From Tricharina praecox (lineage: Eukaryota): a stretch of 64,000 nucleotides of DNA. Positions 1 to 12,943 of the stretch are shown here, one piece after another. A program made the translations under genes and the position numbers. The notes beneath the pieces were generated by a model that was given only the letters and a program-made list of their open reading frames with translations, was not told the origin of the DNA and did not search any database. Where the stretch lies: positions 62,001 to 126,000 of the forward strand of contig NW_026250448.1 of the NCBI RefSeq assembly GCF_024521635.1, written 5' to 3'. Positions within the stretch are counted from its first letter, which is position 1, and each line of letters starts with the position of its first letter.

Positions 1-2339
1 AACTCCGGACGGAAACGAAAAGCGGATACGAGAGGTATTTAAGTAAGTGGGCATCTGAGCAGGTAGTTATGTAGTTAGCTACATGTGCACATCGCGTCTG
101 TTGCGCGGCCACGGGTGAGACACGGCCTCTCGCTTTCTGATTCGTCTCCTTTCCATCGCAGCGCCGTCGTTCCTCTCTAGCTCAGCCTTGACATGGCCCG
201 AGGATGAGAACTAGTTTAACCCATCGTCCAATGGTACGCACTACCGTAAAGCGATCGCGGAGGTTCATCTCTAGTTTTGTAGGTCCTAATCGAACCAGCG
301 GCAGCGATGGGGTCTACGCGGGCCATTGAAATCAGGAATGCGAATCCATGCGCATCGAAAAGAAAAAGGAGAAGAAAAAAGGATGAATCTCCCCCCCGCG
401 TTCGAATGGTCGGCTGCCAAGAAAAACCCACGACTGCGGCGACCTGCCTTTGTATGATACGTTCCTTCGTGCGGTCGACCGAACCCATCCAGATTCCAAT
501 GTGAACATGTTCCAGTGCGGTCGGTGATCCTGGCGTGTATTCGCCGCCCTGCGAGACATGCCACTGCAGACCCTCGATGACATATTGGCGTTCATCCAAT
601 CTTGTCGACCTTGCAACTCCGTGGCGGTGCATTCAATTTGGAACCGTAAAGAGCCAGACGCGTGACCTGCTAGCTGGATGGCGAGGCTGTCAGCTCCGGT
701 AAGACAGATGGATCGGCACGGCGCGGACATCAGTGCCCACCGTAGTACTAGTTAGTAAATATCTACTAGTACTGTAGGAAGATAGCGTTCCAGCCACACG
801 GTATGCAGGTTTCTTCGGTTACTCAACTCCCCCGTCTCCGGATTCGGACCCATACTACCAGGTAGTAGTCAGCGATCTGTCTTTCAGCTCCGCCAATTTT
901 GGCTGCCATTGTGACCGACGTGCTCAAAGATCTCCACCGCCCTTCACACCGAGTCCTCTCATTGTTGGCCATGGGACTCCCGTGATCTTCTCTCCAACCA
1001 CTTGAGTAAACCAGTATGCGACCCTTCAGATTTATTTGGCCCGTTGGACGGGCGGAGATCTCCGATGCGAGCGGCGAGCCTGGGTGGGGGGGGAGGCGGG
1101 GCGGGGCACCACCACGGTGCTAGGTACTAGTTGGCCTCGGCTGCGATCTCGACGCCGCTGGGATGAGGCTGATGATGACGGTCGGCGGTTGCCTTTCCCG
1201 GCAACCCAACCACCATGATTTCCGTCACGAAACCGGGACTAGTGGTTGTGGCGATGATCGACCTGAGTGACCGGGTCGACCAGAGCTTGGGAAACTCACG
1301 AAAATCTCTGCAAGGTTGCATCCTTGCCAGCATCAATACCAACTCTACCCTATTTCAGCCGCATTTTACAGTATCTCGCCGCATCGTCGGACCCTGATCT
1401 CCGTCGCTCAATGAAGATGCGCGCGGCATGAAGGGCCGGAATGGAGTCCTTTCGTTTGCACTACGGTACGCAATCAACTGCAGTCGAATACCTACCTATG
1501 TGCTCTACATACATAGCCCGAAGAACGGTACGTATCTAGGCTGATAAAAGCTCAGATACGCGTACGTGAGTACTTACCAAGATACTGCTAAGGTAGGCGC
1601 CCTGCGCTTGCATATGTGCAGGATGTACATAGCCTGTCGCGCACCAATCGTTGCACGCGGCCAGTGCAAACTCGGCAATTCCGCCGTAGCCAAACCCATG
1701 CGGCTCGGCGTGAATCCTGATTGCGGGCTGGTGCAATGGTTCCTTTTCGTCTCTTCAGAGTCCAAGCTGGCAGCAATTTTCGCGATAAACTATTGCTGTC
1801 CTCCCTCGGCGGCCATTTGTCGAAGGCGGGGCAGCCGCAGCGGGGAAGTAATACGGTCACCGCCGCTGCAGATTCTTGTGCTCCGCTCAGTGGCAGTGGG
1901 ATGTAGATGGTTATCTGCTACGTACGGATGTAGAGTACATAGGTAGGTAGAGTACCTACCTGATGTACCGGTGTCAGTACCTAGCATCATCGGCACGCGA
2001 ACCCCCGGCGGCGATATGTAGCCCCCCAGACCGCGATCCCAAAATGGACGAATCGACAATCGAGTCACTCGGGAAGAGCAGCAGCAGCAGAGCGGCTCCG
2101 GGGCGATGAGCTGCGTCCCGACTACTTAGAAATTAAAGTGGAGAACGGGATTCCACTGCGGGTACCGGTCGTGTGGGGGGCGGGCGGAATCGGTAGCATG
2201 ACGTGTTCTGCGGGTTTTCCCATTGGCTCGGCTCACGCAGCTGATGCGGTTCGCCGGTTATCCTCGTTATCGTCTTGAATCTTGATATGATTCCCGACGC
2301 CGGGCCGGTGGTCGATCGTGGTGCTGACGATGCCCGTCG

Positions 2340-2830
2340 ACGCTAGATTGGCCCGCTCTTCTGACGGCGGATACGGGAGTCTCAAGAGCGGATGTGGTCA
2401 AAAAAAGGGATCAATTGAAAAGCAGTTCGATGATGATGATGATGATGATAATGATGATGGTGGTGATGAGAAGAAAAGCAGGACGAACAGGAAGAACATA
2501 AAGAGTGGCAACAGAAATAATTCCACGTTTAACGACCGGATCGGGTCTGCGTCGGGTCTCACCTCCATAACACACAGGTCCCACGAGGTCGCAGCAACGT
2601 CTCTCCTCCCAAATTCAAGGTTTCAACAAGGTCTCAACAAGGTCCCTCCCCTCCGGTACTCGTCGCATCACCAAGGCGCTCGGTTGCAGTGTCGTGAGTG
2701 ACACGTGAGCATCACGTGCGAGGAGCGTGACCAGCTTCTTGGCACTGTGGGCCGCCGATACCTTGTGGAGACCTGGGTGGGACCTTGTGCTTGGGGAGAG
2801 AGGCCTCGCAGAGACCTGGTGGGACCAGCT
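2340..2830. repeat. Dispersed non-coding repeat family R1, copy 1, with (GAT)n tract and GGTCYC/GRGACC motif arrays
   Basis: Shares 'acgtttaacgaccg(g/c)atcgggtctgcgtc(g/a)ggtc(t/c)cacctcca' and the upstream gatcaattg...gatgatgag block with 9270-9560. Confidence 0.7.
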
Positions 2831-5369
2831 GTTATTGAGGGGGAAACCAATGCAGCCGTTGAGCGTTTTCTTTTACTACTATTCTTCTCGTCTTGTCGAT
2901 CCATCTCTTGTTCAACATATCAGACATTATTCAACATAACAGATATTCCTAAAAGTTCATAGACCTCTTTTACTCAATTGAATCACGTTTCTACATCTCT
3001 CGTACCCGTCGAGGGTACTTCAGTACCAACCTGGGCTAAGAGCGAAATGGTGCATCTTTTTTGTCTTTGGTGTCAACTTTGTCTTTGGTATGAAGCTTCT
3101 TCTTGTCAAATACGACACGGCGGCCCAAGCCAGGCTTCGGGCGAATGATCGCCACTTCAGCCTGTGTTTGGCATTCCCAGTACTCGCTCAGCAGATACTG
3201 ACCAGTACTGACAGACCGCCTCGCGCAACATGAGATATGTCACGACTCACGACTTGTTCCTTCTCTTTGCCCTCGCCGCTACCGGCATTCCCGAATCTGT
3301 ACCCAACTCACTTCGATGAGAAACTGCGCCGCACCAGCCCGCGTTACTGACGAATACTCACGAAAGAAAACAAGACGTTCGAGGAGGCCTTGGGCGGACC
3401 ATCATCGCGGTGATCAAGAATTTTCGCAGTCCACCAGATTGGATCATGGCAGTTACATACACGCCCACATGTCCGTGCCCACCCCGCCGTTCCCGACCGC
3501 CGGCCGCGCGCTCAACTTGGGATTTCTCTGCTGCTCTCCGCCTATATACATAACCGTTCTCCACATCCCAGGGTTGGCGCCGGATATCTTCAGCAAGGGC
3601 TGGTAGGTATGTACTCTACATTGCCCGCAGAATGACGGGGTTCTGCATTTCCAAGATGCCGGGGCGCACTCATCAATCTCGATTGTCGAGCCCCGCTCGT
3701 CCACTGATTTACCGATTTACCGCATGGGCGCGATCATTGCACACACATGGTGGTCGGACGTATTACACGCTTTCCTACGGGTACATGGAGCAGCTAGGTA
3801 TGTATGTATGTTCGAGCATGGCTGCGATTCTGCGGCCGCAAAGCATCGGACCATCGCGTACATGGCTGTGTCCGGCACCAACATCCAATCATCATCCTTG
3901 GTGCGGGCGGCGGCCAGCAACAAAAACCTCATTGGCACCCCGTGCCACGCATCGCCATGCACGATTCCCCATCAGCGGTGGAATCGCGGCCGACACTCCC
4001 TGGGGGACCACAAGTCCAGACCAAACCTGCGGCGGGGAGGGGGGTGGGGCTTATCGCACGCAACTCGTAACCGAACCATCCCGCCCCCACCGCGGGGGGA
4101 TCAAAGTCCACGGCAACGATGGCAACCGCGGCCTTATCCACCGAATTAATTCCATGGTTATTATAGGTGCAGTGGGCCGCGCGCAGGCCGTGCAGGCCGT
4201 GCAGGCCGTCTGAGACAGCAGCGGCCACAGCTGGACTCAACTCCGCGCGCCGCACAGGATCCATGGCACCGCCCGCAATCGCATTTTCACCAGAGCGCGC
4301 TCGCGGTTAGCTACGGCAGAATTACCGAGTCGGCAGCATCATCGGCGTCTGCGGAGCGATTTGCATGGGTGATAGGCAACTACTATACGGTAGAGTAGGT
4401 AGCCAAGTATTTACCCATATTATTTCGTCCAAGCTCACCCAGTGCTATACTTTTCTCCACGGCCGAGTTACTATGATATAGTACTCCAGGCATGTGCGAA
4501 TGTGGGCCTATAGCAGCGTTTATATAATCGGCGTGTGCACTCGTCTTTACGCCACTTACCTACCGCCTGCATGCATCTTGAATTACTCAACGCACATATC
4601 CACTCTATGTACATACCTAGCCTAAACACCACCAAAACCCTAAAAGCACAACGTTAAAATGGCCGCATATGCGTGCGCGGCGCAAGCCTGCGCTGGTGCA
4701 TAAGTTGCACATCGGTGCAAGTCGCAATTTGTAGAGTACATATTCGTGCACTGGCACGTGGGCCCGGCAGAGGGTACTCGCGACTCTGGTACTAAAGGCG
4801 GGGCAAAGTCACGAACCGATGATACCTGAAGGTTGAAAGAGGCGCGTAGTTATGTGCTCCTATGTATCGAGCTGCACCCGCGTGGGTTGCCCCCGCCCGA
4901 CCGCTTGACAAATCGGCACGTGTTTTCGGCATCACCATATATGATTCGTATTTCTCGACGAGTACGAGGGGCGAGGGGCCAGTGGACCGGCCAAGCAATG
5001 GTCCAGCTCAATGCATAAAATGGTTGGCATAGGTATTAGATAACCACTCATTATAATCGTATAGGTAGTAACATGAAAACATGTATGTACAAGCAACATT
5101 GCCTCCGTTCCGCGTATCCTTCATCCTCCTTCTCGTTAGCTTCCTGATTCAAGCGGTGGTATTTTCGTCGCGTTTCCTTCTCCTCCTCAATTCCTCATCC
5201 CTTTCCCCCCAGGTTCTCCTTCGTTTTTCCCATAGCCATGTCCTCCGCGTCCTCCCCAATTCCTCGTCATCCTTGCCCTTCCTGATTCCTCTTCCTCCGA
5301 TTCCCCCTCCTCCATGTACTCCTCCTCCTTGTCTACCACCCATTTCCCCACAATTTGTCGTCCAACAAC

Positions 5370-7582
5370 CTAACCCCGCAAACTTCGCCGCCCACCCACC
5401 CCTCCGTCCTGTGTTTCAAACTCCATCGTTCCTTCCCCTCGCAACGCACCCGACCCTTGTAGCGCCATCTCCGGATCCGCCTGTGGCTCGGAGGAATGCG
5501 TCCATTTGAAAATCGATTTCAGCCACTGCACAACCTTGCGATCCTCGGTGTATTCACCACTCTTGTACTTCTTGAAGAGCACGATGTAGAGCGTGAAGAG
5601 GGCGAACACGACCGTGGGCGGGCCCGAATACTTCCAGAAGTCGAACTCGGTCTTGACGATTGCTTCGGCGGGGTTGAGGGCGAAGTACTGGACGAGTTGG
5701 GGTTAGCTGGGAGGGGGGAGGGGGTGGGGCGGGAATGGGAGGGGGGGTACCGAGGTGAAGAATGTTAGCGGAAGAAACACCGTCGTGACGATCGTGAACA
5801 GCGACATCGACTCGGCGCTCATCTTTGCATGCGCGGCGTGTTTTTCCGCAGCGAGGTGCATGTGTCTTCCGCCGAGCTACACACAATTGCACGAGTGATC
5901 AGCGGGGGCACAGGCGCACACGGAACAGTTCGGCTCAGCTCACGTATTGCTGTGTCTTCCTAGCCTCGCCCAGCAGTGGCAGGACGTGGTCTGCAAACGC
6001 CTTCCGCTCATCGATGACCATCTTTAGCGCGTCCGTGACGATGCGGTTGTGCTGAGCCTCCTGTAGGCGCAGCGGCAGCCGCACAATGTTCTGGTTGTAC
6101 CCTTTTGACGCGTCCAGTGCGTTGTTGGCGAATATACCGGCGAGCTCTGTGAGCGCCTCGAGCTGTGCACGGACTAGGTGTTGGATCGCGCACAGGTCCG
6201 CGATGTAGTAGGCGAGCGTCTCGCCGATATCCACGCCTTCCTTCATGTGCGTCTGCAGCACCTCGTCTTTGATGTCGTATAGGTTCCGCGAGATGTGCAT
6301 TTGTATTCGATCCTGCTGTTTGTTTGTTTTTGTATCAGTCACGACTTGTGTTCCGCTCGTGGAGTGTGGGGATCCAAACCAGGGTCAGAGATATTTCCCG
6401 CAGGTGGTCGAGGACTACTACGTTCGAGAATTGTAGCGCCGTTGCGATCATGTGCACTAGTAGGTGCACGGCACCAACGCGACACTGATACGGAAAGAAC
6501 GGAAGCGCGCTGGACTGCTCGTTGGGCGCCGTTCGCGAGAGCATGATCATGTCTGTGGAGTGCGCCGTGAGCAAAGCGGCGATGTGCAAAAATCGGTAAA
6601 CGACTTACCACTGTTGATCACCATGAACATCGACTGGTGTACGGAGATCTGGCCCTGTTGCGCCGCATCCTCGGGAATCCCGCCATGCACGCTCCCGCGC
6701 GCACTGCCCGAACCAGGAGCATTGCCATTGGGAGCAGTGCTGTTTTTGACTGGCGGCGGCAAGAGGGCCTGCGACCTGACTAAGCCGATATTCTTCCGGT
6801 ACTGCTCGAGGGTGAAATTCTTCGCCGCCGGGTCTTCATTTATGCCGAAAGTGAGGTGCGGGAGGGACAGCATCAGCCGAAACCGTTCCGGCGCAAATGT
6901 GGCGCGCAGGGAGATTTCGGGCTTGAATCTGTTTTTTGCCGAGAATGGGGGGGCCTTCTCGAGCCACTTCTGGATAGTAATATCCGTTGAGCGCACGGTA
7001 GATTCGGTATCCGGGACCGCCTCGGCGTCGAGAGAATTGATGCAGTTATACAAGGTAATGTGCGGTGGCTCCGCCGGTGAAGGATTTGGCGAAGGGACCC
7101 GTCCGGCCCCCTGACCTGTCTGCGATCCGTTCAAACCCTGTGCTGCTTCCACTGGGTTATGCCAGAACTCTCTGCCCGCCCCGTTAGTGTTCCACTGCGT
7201 CGGGGTTTTTAATCGTGAATAGTCACACATACAGAACGTGCACGGCTCCCAGCGAATCTGTCCACCCTTTGTTTGGTGGGTACACGGCTCTCGCCGTCTG
7301 CTCGGCCAGCACCAACCTCTCGGGCTCATGGACGGTGCGACTACTGGTATTTGCCGCACCGTGATGGCTTTCGCGGTCGAAGCCGGGGGGCTGTTGGTGG
7401 AGGAGATAGACATGGCGCACGAAGTCAGTCGGGGATGGTCTTACGTCTGCACCGTCGTGTTCCGACCAAACCGGGGCGCCGCCGTCGAACGCAATGAGAG
7501 GTGGCGGAGGTGGATTTCGGAACAATTCTTCGGGCGCCGTCGACGCGAGTAATGGCGGAGGAGTGACTTGTAAACCGGCCAT
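5370..7582 (-). CDS. CorA-like C-terminal membrane protein, subfamily 1 copy A (multi-exon)
   Basis: Spliced product runs MAGLQVTPPP..VRHVYLLHQQP..RFRLMLSLPHLTFG..PFFPYQCRV..MSLFTIVTTVFLPLTFFTS|YFALNP..FWKYSGPPTVVFALFTLYIV..stop at 5370. TxxFLPLTF plus a second TM helix is the CorA-type C-terminus. Collinear paralog at 23469-25618. Confidence 0.8.
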
Positions 7583-9269
7583 TTTGTAGTAGATGTTGGA
7601 AGAGTGGTTATTAGCTGTATCATAGCACCGACCGGAATTTCAAACTACTTATGCTGTTGTTACTCTAGTATGGGTTCACGTCGGTACGGCAACCGCGCTG
7701 ATTCCGCAGCCCAAGGTGAGACACTGCCTTTCTTCTTCCGGTTCGCCTCCTTTCCGCCCGTAGCTCGGTGGTTCGGCTTCCTCAATTCCAAGTCATCAGC
7801 CTCAACACGCACAAGATCAGTTGATAGTACGCATACTGTCCACCACTTGCACGCAACGGAGACAGCGCAAGTTCATTCCTCATCTAATAAGAGGGGCGTA
7901 GCCATACGTGCGATAGGCCTCCAGCGGGATATGTGAGGGCGAATTCTCACAGGCTACCGAAATGCAAACAATCAAATGCTCTTCCCGTCGTTCAGATGAC
8001 TCCCATACGAACGAACGAGGCATCCCTCTAAGCGGGCTGAGCCCGAGTAAAGCGGGAGCTCCGGTTCGTTCGATGGGCCGTGTGCCCGCCGAGTGAGACA
8101 TCCCAATCTGCGGCGTACTCCTTCGGCCCGGTGGGGTTCAACCAATAACGTCGAACGAGCCACGTAAGTATCGAGCGATCGATTCACGCATTCGATTTCG
8201 AATCTTGAAGGTGCAGTGACATTGCCAGGCAGTGCACGCCGGTAAACCGCGGCGGCGCCGCGGATAGGCAACCTGCGCATTTCGTTTTAGGCATGTATGT
8301 AGACTACTCGTTTGGACGGCCGTCGATCTCGATTCTCCAAGTATGTAGATTTTATACAGTCCCGGACGGATTCGTGCGGATTCGGACAGACCGCTAGCGC
8401 CACATCCCCAGTCAGTCCAACCACCTGTGAATCCGTCTAGTAATCCGGGGGCGGCACGGTTCAAAAATGCAAGCACAGGCATGGGCACAGAGAACCACCT
8501 ACCAGCACATGGGACTGAAGGTACTGGGTGGCTGGGTAGCTCAAAGTTTATCACCACTTCAACCTTATCGACGCGTCGCCCCCACCACACCACCATCTTT
8601 GAGTCTCGACCGCTTTGACATGCGAATGTACATAGCTTGTGCTTTTGTCTGCTACTCTTTGCGCTATGCTGGTGATTTAAATGCATATCGAAACTTCGAT
8701 TCTATCGCGATTGAACACCCGAACACGTTTCATAATCCGGTATACATGTTGTGCGCGCCGAGCTCCGGGCCACGTAGAGCTTCAGCCCCAAATCGGTCGG
8801 AATGTTTTGAGAGAGAATCTTGATGATGAAATAAAGATGATCCGCCGCGTCGCAGAGCAAGAGTTCCCAGTCTATGATACTGTTAGGTTGGTGTCAAGGA
8901 GCTGGTCTGTATTCGTGATACTCCTCACGACAATATCATGGTAAAGTAAAGTTATGTGTGGCGTACTGTGGCGCATGAGGGGGAGGCGCAGTCACAGTGA
9001 TGGTGGCTTATCGGTGTGTGCGTTGCTGAAACATCCACACATCGTTGCGTGCAGTGTCAGGTACTGAGAGGTTGGATGCCGTCAGCTGTATCTTCCTTCG
9101 TAGAGGTTCTTATGATCCTTCTCTGCCGTGCATGTCCTTCTCCGCCGTCTGTATCGTTTCACTTCGCCGTGTACTTTCTTCTTCGCCCTCTATATCGTTT
9201 TCACTCGAGAGTACTAATAGGAAATTGGGGCTTTTCGTCAACCAGCCTACACGTATCCGGGCTCGGCGC

Positions 9270-9560
9270 ACCAGCTGAGAGACCCAAAAACGGGTGCGAG
9301 AAACGTGATCAATTGGAAAGGTCTATGATGATGGGGATGATGATGAGAAGAACGGAAAACGGACAAGAAGAACAGAAACGGTGACAAAAGAAACAATTTA
9401 ACGTTTAACGACCGCATCGGGTCTGCGTCAGGTCCCACCTCCAGAACACATAGGTAGACCGTAGGTCCCATCAGGTCCCAGCAAGGTCTCCCCTCCCAAA
9501 CACAAGGCCTCAACTAGGTCTCCCCTCCTGAATAAAAGGTCCCAATAAGGTCTCCTCTCT
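9270..9560. repeat. Dispersed non-coding repeat family R1, copy 2
   Basis: Diverged copy of about 2370-2660, with repeated aggtccc/aggtctc motifs. Confidence 0.7.
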
Positions 9561-9677
9561 CCGGTGCTAACTGATAACACTAAGCCGCCTCTTCCTTCGC
9601 GCCTGTTGTCTGCCTCCACAATGCGAGGAGCGCTACGTAGGATAGAGAGGGGGGATGAGATCATAGCCATTGATGCG

Positions 9678-9845
9678 ATAAGATAAGGACGAGTGGCTAG
9701 CCGGACTGAGGTCCCCGGATGGTGGGGATCTGACTCTAGGCGCCGTTGGGTTAGTCTGTGGCAGCGGAGAAGGGCTACATGATGGCACTTCGAACCTCAA
9801 CTTCTCCATCATCCTTCAACCGTTACCCTTGCCGGGCTACGTCAG
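9678..9845 (+). repeat. Dispersed ~190-bp repeat family R2, copy 1
   Basis: GATAAG..ctagccgga..gatggc(a)cttcgaa..cctcaacttct..ctacgtca, shared with 12750, 16057 and 21226. Confidence 0.6.
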
Positions 9846-11640
9846 CCTCCCTTATTACTAACTCCGCTCTAGTTGAGCCCGAGACACTGTACTCCTGCAG
9901 GAAGTTAATTATCTTTTCTGTTTTCGCGGGGTTTTTTTTCGACGATTGTGTGGCGATGCCAATTTGTGGCGGTGGTGGCGCAGCGCCATCCTCTTCGATT
10001 CCGACCGTGAATGCTGTCTCGGACGATCCGACACTCTGCCAACCTCGGTGGATTGGCAACTACCAACGTACCTAGCAGTAGTATCGGCTGTAGCTTGTAA
10101 CTTGTGTGGTGCGTGCGATCAGCCTCGCAGGTTTTGTCTCGGCTATCGTCCGCGACTGTCTCTGCGACTCGACGGCTGGATTCCAAAACATCTGCACGGC
10201 GAAGATTCGCTGAGCGCACCGGCATGCAAGCTAAGGTCTTTATTTTCCGGATGCACGGGTGCATCCATGATCGTCGTACATACTCGTCACGGAGCCTGTC
10301 AGATACTACTCAGCCGCACCATGTCATTTTGTAGTTCGAGACAGAGGGGAGGCGAAACCATCGGACCGTCAACAACCAACCAACCGAACCGTGACTTCAT
10401 TCGGGTTGTATACGAGACTCGGGGAATGTTATCCGAGGCTAGTTGCGTGCACCGTGTTTGCCGTCTCGATAGTCCATCTGGGTAGATAAGAGCAATTGAT
10501 CTACTTGAGTACCGATGTGCGTACTTGCACGAAAGTCTCGATCGGCGGTACATAGCTCTCAACCTTGCGATCTCAAATGCAGACTATCGACATTGGCGCC
10601 ACCCGGTAGGCTACCTATCTGCTTAGTTATGGGGCGGACTAAGCTTGATGACTTGCGTCCCGTCCCGCTATCATGGGCTAAACGTGGAGAACCAAATCTC
10701 CGGCTGCTAGCTGGCACGGGTTGTGTTGGCGAATCCTGATGCAGTGGCGCTATCCTATTGGTCCTTCGCTACCGACGGGATTCGTTATCCTCGCAATGTA
10801 CTCGCATACCCGACATCGGTACCTACCACGTTTGTTCCCGGCCAGTTCGAATTTCTTCGAGGATCCGGTTTTCGATCGTGGCTAACCTGAAGCGAAGCAC
10901 CATGACGGCTGGCTGGCTGCCGGCGTTCCGGATGACGATGCTCGGCTTTAGTTGTCGATCTGTGGGGTTGGGCCCGTGTGAAGGAGTAGAGCTCCGGCCG
11001 AGGGGCAAGGCTGACCGCGGGTGAATGCGTACTGTACGGCGATAAGGGGGAAAGGACCAACGAAGGTCGGCCGAAGGAGAACGTTGTACCGGCACGTGTC
11101 GAACCGAGTCAAGATGACAGAGAGCGCCATAACCCACAAAAACTCTCTCTGAATATCCACTTTCAGACGAAGATACCAATCCTCAGGGCTCCACCTCCGC
11201 TGTAAATAGACAGTCGAATGGAAACTGACCGCTAAAAGTACAGCGTCACAGCGTATCACTCGCACTTGTTTTTCCGCCGGTGTTGAAATTGAGAGAAAAA
11301 CTTGACTTGATTGATGGATTGATACAAGAGAGATGAAAGAGAAGACTTCTTATAGAGGAAAAGAAGTCCGTGTAGACGACGAGGAAGCCGGGCCTCAGAC
11401 AGTGGATGCGGCAATAGTGGTCGCCGGACTGGGCTGAGGGCTTGAAGGCTTAAACAGAAGCCATGGACAATGCAAAGAACTACGAAGGAAATGAGAACAG
11501 TATGCAAAGGACTGTGGAAAGTAGCAATGACAGTGGAAAGTAGCAGTGATTCCGGAAAAGGCAATAAAATGCATAATATCAACAGCCGGGAACCCACTGT
11601 TGTGAGGATATCGCTGGATGAGTTTCGTCAGGTGAAACGT

Positions 11641-11808
11641 TAGAATCAACAGTTAACCCGACGTCAGCAGACCAAGGCCGGCCGAGCCTGGCAAGGTCTG
11701 GTCGGTCTGGATATATCCCGGCCTACTAACGCCTAAGTCGGGTCTACTAAGTTTTATCCCGACCGACCAGACCGGTCGGCCGACCGGTTTGGTCTATGTA
11801 GAGCACTG
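11641..11808 (-). mobile_element. Terminal segment of a non-autonomous DNA transposon (CAGTG-ended, hAT-like MITE)
   Basis: Ends in GGTCTATGTAGAGCACTG; is the reverse complement of 18270-18435; carries subterminal GACCG/GGTCG repeats. Confidence 0.65.
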
Positions 11809-12749
11809 CAGCTTACAGGCCGCCGTGGGAGCGGTAAAGGGGGACGGGGAGAAGCGAGGAGCGGAGGAGAGCATGGTTTCCTTGTACCTGCTTTTGCACT
11901 GATGGGTTATACATTAGAATGGATGCGCATCCATATATACAAGTATTCTCTACGAGCCATTTCGGAGTCCGATTCCTCGGCACTCGGGTGGCTACCCGCC
12001 TTGTCTACCACCGCAAGAGTTGCGATAAGATAAGAGTGGTTACCTAGATCAGATCGGATCAGATCAGATAAGATATCCGCTAGGGGTACAGGTTATGATG
12101 ATGGCTGAAGAAGGATCACCTTACATAGATGAAATAGGTTAGACTACTGTACTATACAGAGGTTTCGAGATGGAACTCTGATATTGTCTGCCACCGCTAT
12201 GCGTGCAGCGATGTGTACACACACCTCCGACAACCACACCAACCTTCCAAAAATGCCAAGACTATGCGTTGGCACACCAAATGCCCCGCTCACTTTGGCT
12301 TCAGGATTCATGTTGCGTGTGTGTCCACTCTTTCCGACCGCGGATTGAGTTCCCCGACCGACGAATTCGACGACGATGAGCATGAAGCGATAGAGATCAA
12401 TCGAGCCTCGCTCCCTGGCCGGAGAACTGCACCACCGCGGGTGGTACGTCCGAACCTTTGAAGAAGTCTCACCATCGCTTCCCCGCACATCATCATCGAT
12501 TTTATCACTCTAGGAGAGCCTGTTTAGTAGGCGATACGGCGACGGCGGGGAGGAGAGTGAACTCCAGGGGGAGAGCTCAGGGCTTGGCCCAGGACAACGT
12601 CGACCATGACAACCGGCATTTTGCCAATCCCGCCTTCGATCTAAATATCTTCGCTGCTATTCATCGGGCCCCGGCCTTGACAGCTACGCATCGATGTGTA
12701 GGATAGATTGGGGGCATCAGAAGATTAGCGATCGATAAGATAAGACATA

Positions 12750-12943
12750 TATGATAAGAAAAAGTGGCTAGTCGGATTGGGCGGACCCGAATGATTGTTA
12801 TAGCTGGACCAGCCAAATCGGGAGGCTCCGAACGTTGTATGCAGTGGAGGAAAGCCATATGAAATGGCTCTTCGAGGTTAAACAGAGCCTCAACTTCTCC
12901 GTCATTCTCAACTTCACCGTTCGCTTTGCCGAGCTACGTCACC
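12750..12943 (+). repeat. Dispersed repeat family R2, copy 2
   Basis: gataag..ctagtcggat..aacgttgta..atggctcttcgaggtt..cctcaacttct..gctacgtcacc. Confidence 0.65.

Noticed and set aside
216..5000. Numerous 60-190-aa ORFs in the first 5 kb (and similarly at 8-13.5 kb and 33.3-35.6 kb)
   Set aside because: No recognisable motifs, no coherent exon chain, overlapping frames and many non-ATG starts; consistent with GC-rich intergenic DNA.
6319..6382. Apparent frameshift or premature stop in CorA-like A relative to the continuous ORF of copy B
   Set aside because: Explained by a 64-nt intron (gtttgg..gactgat..aaacag). Copy B has a stop-free 60-nt intron (gtacac..gctaat..ccaag) at the same site, which only looks like coding sequence.
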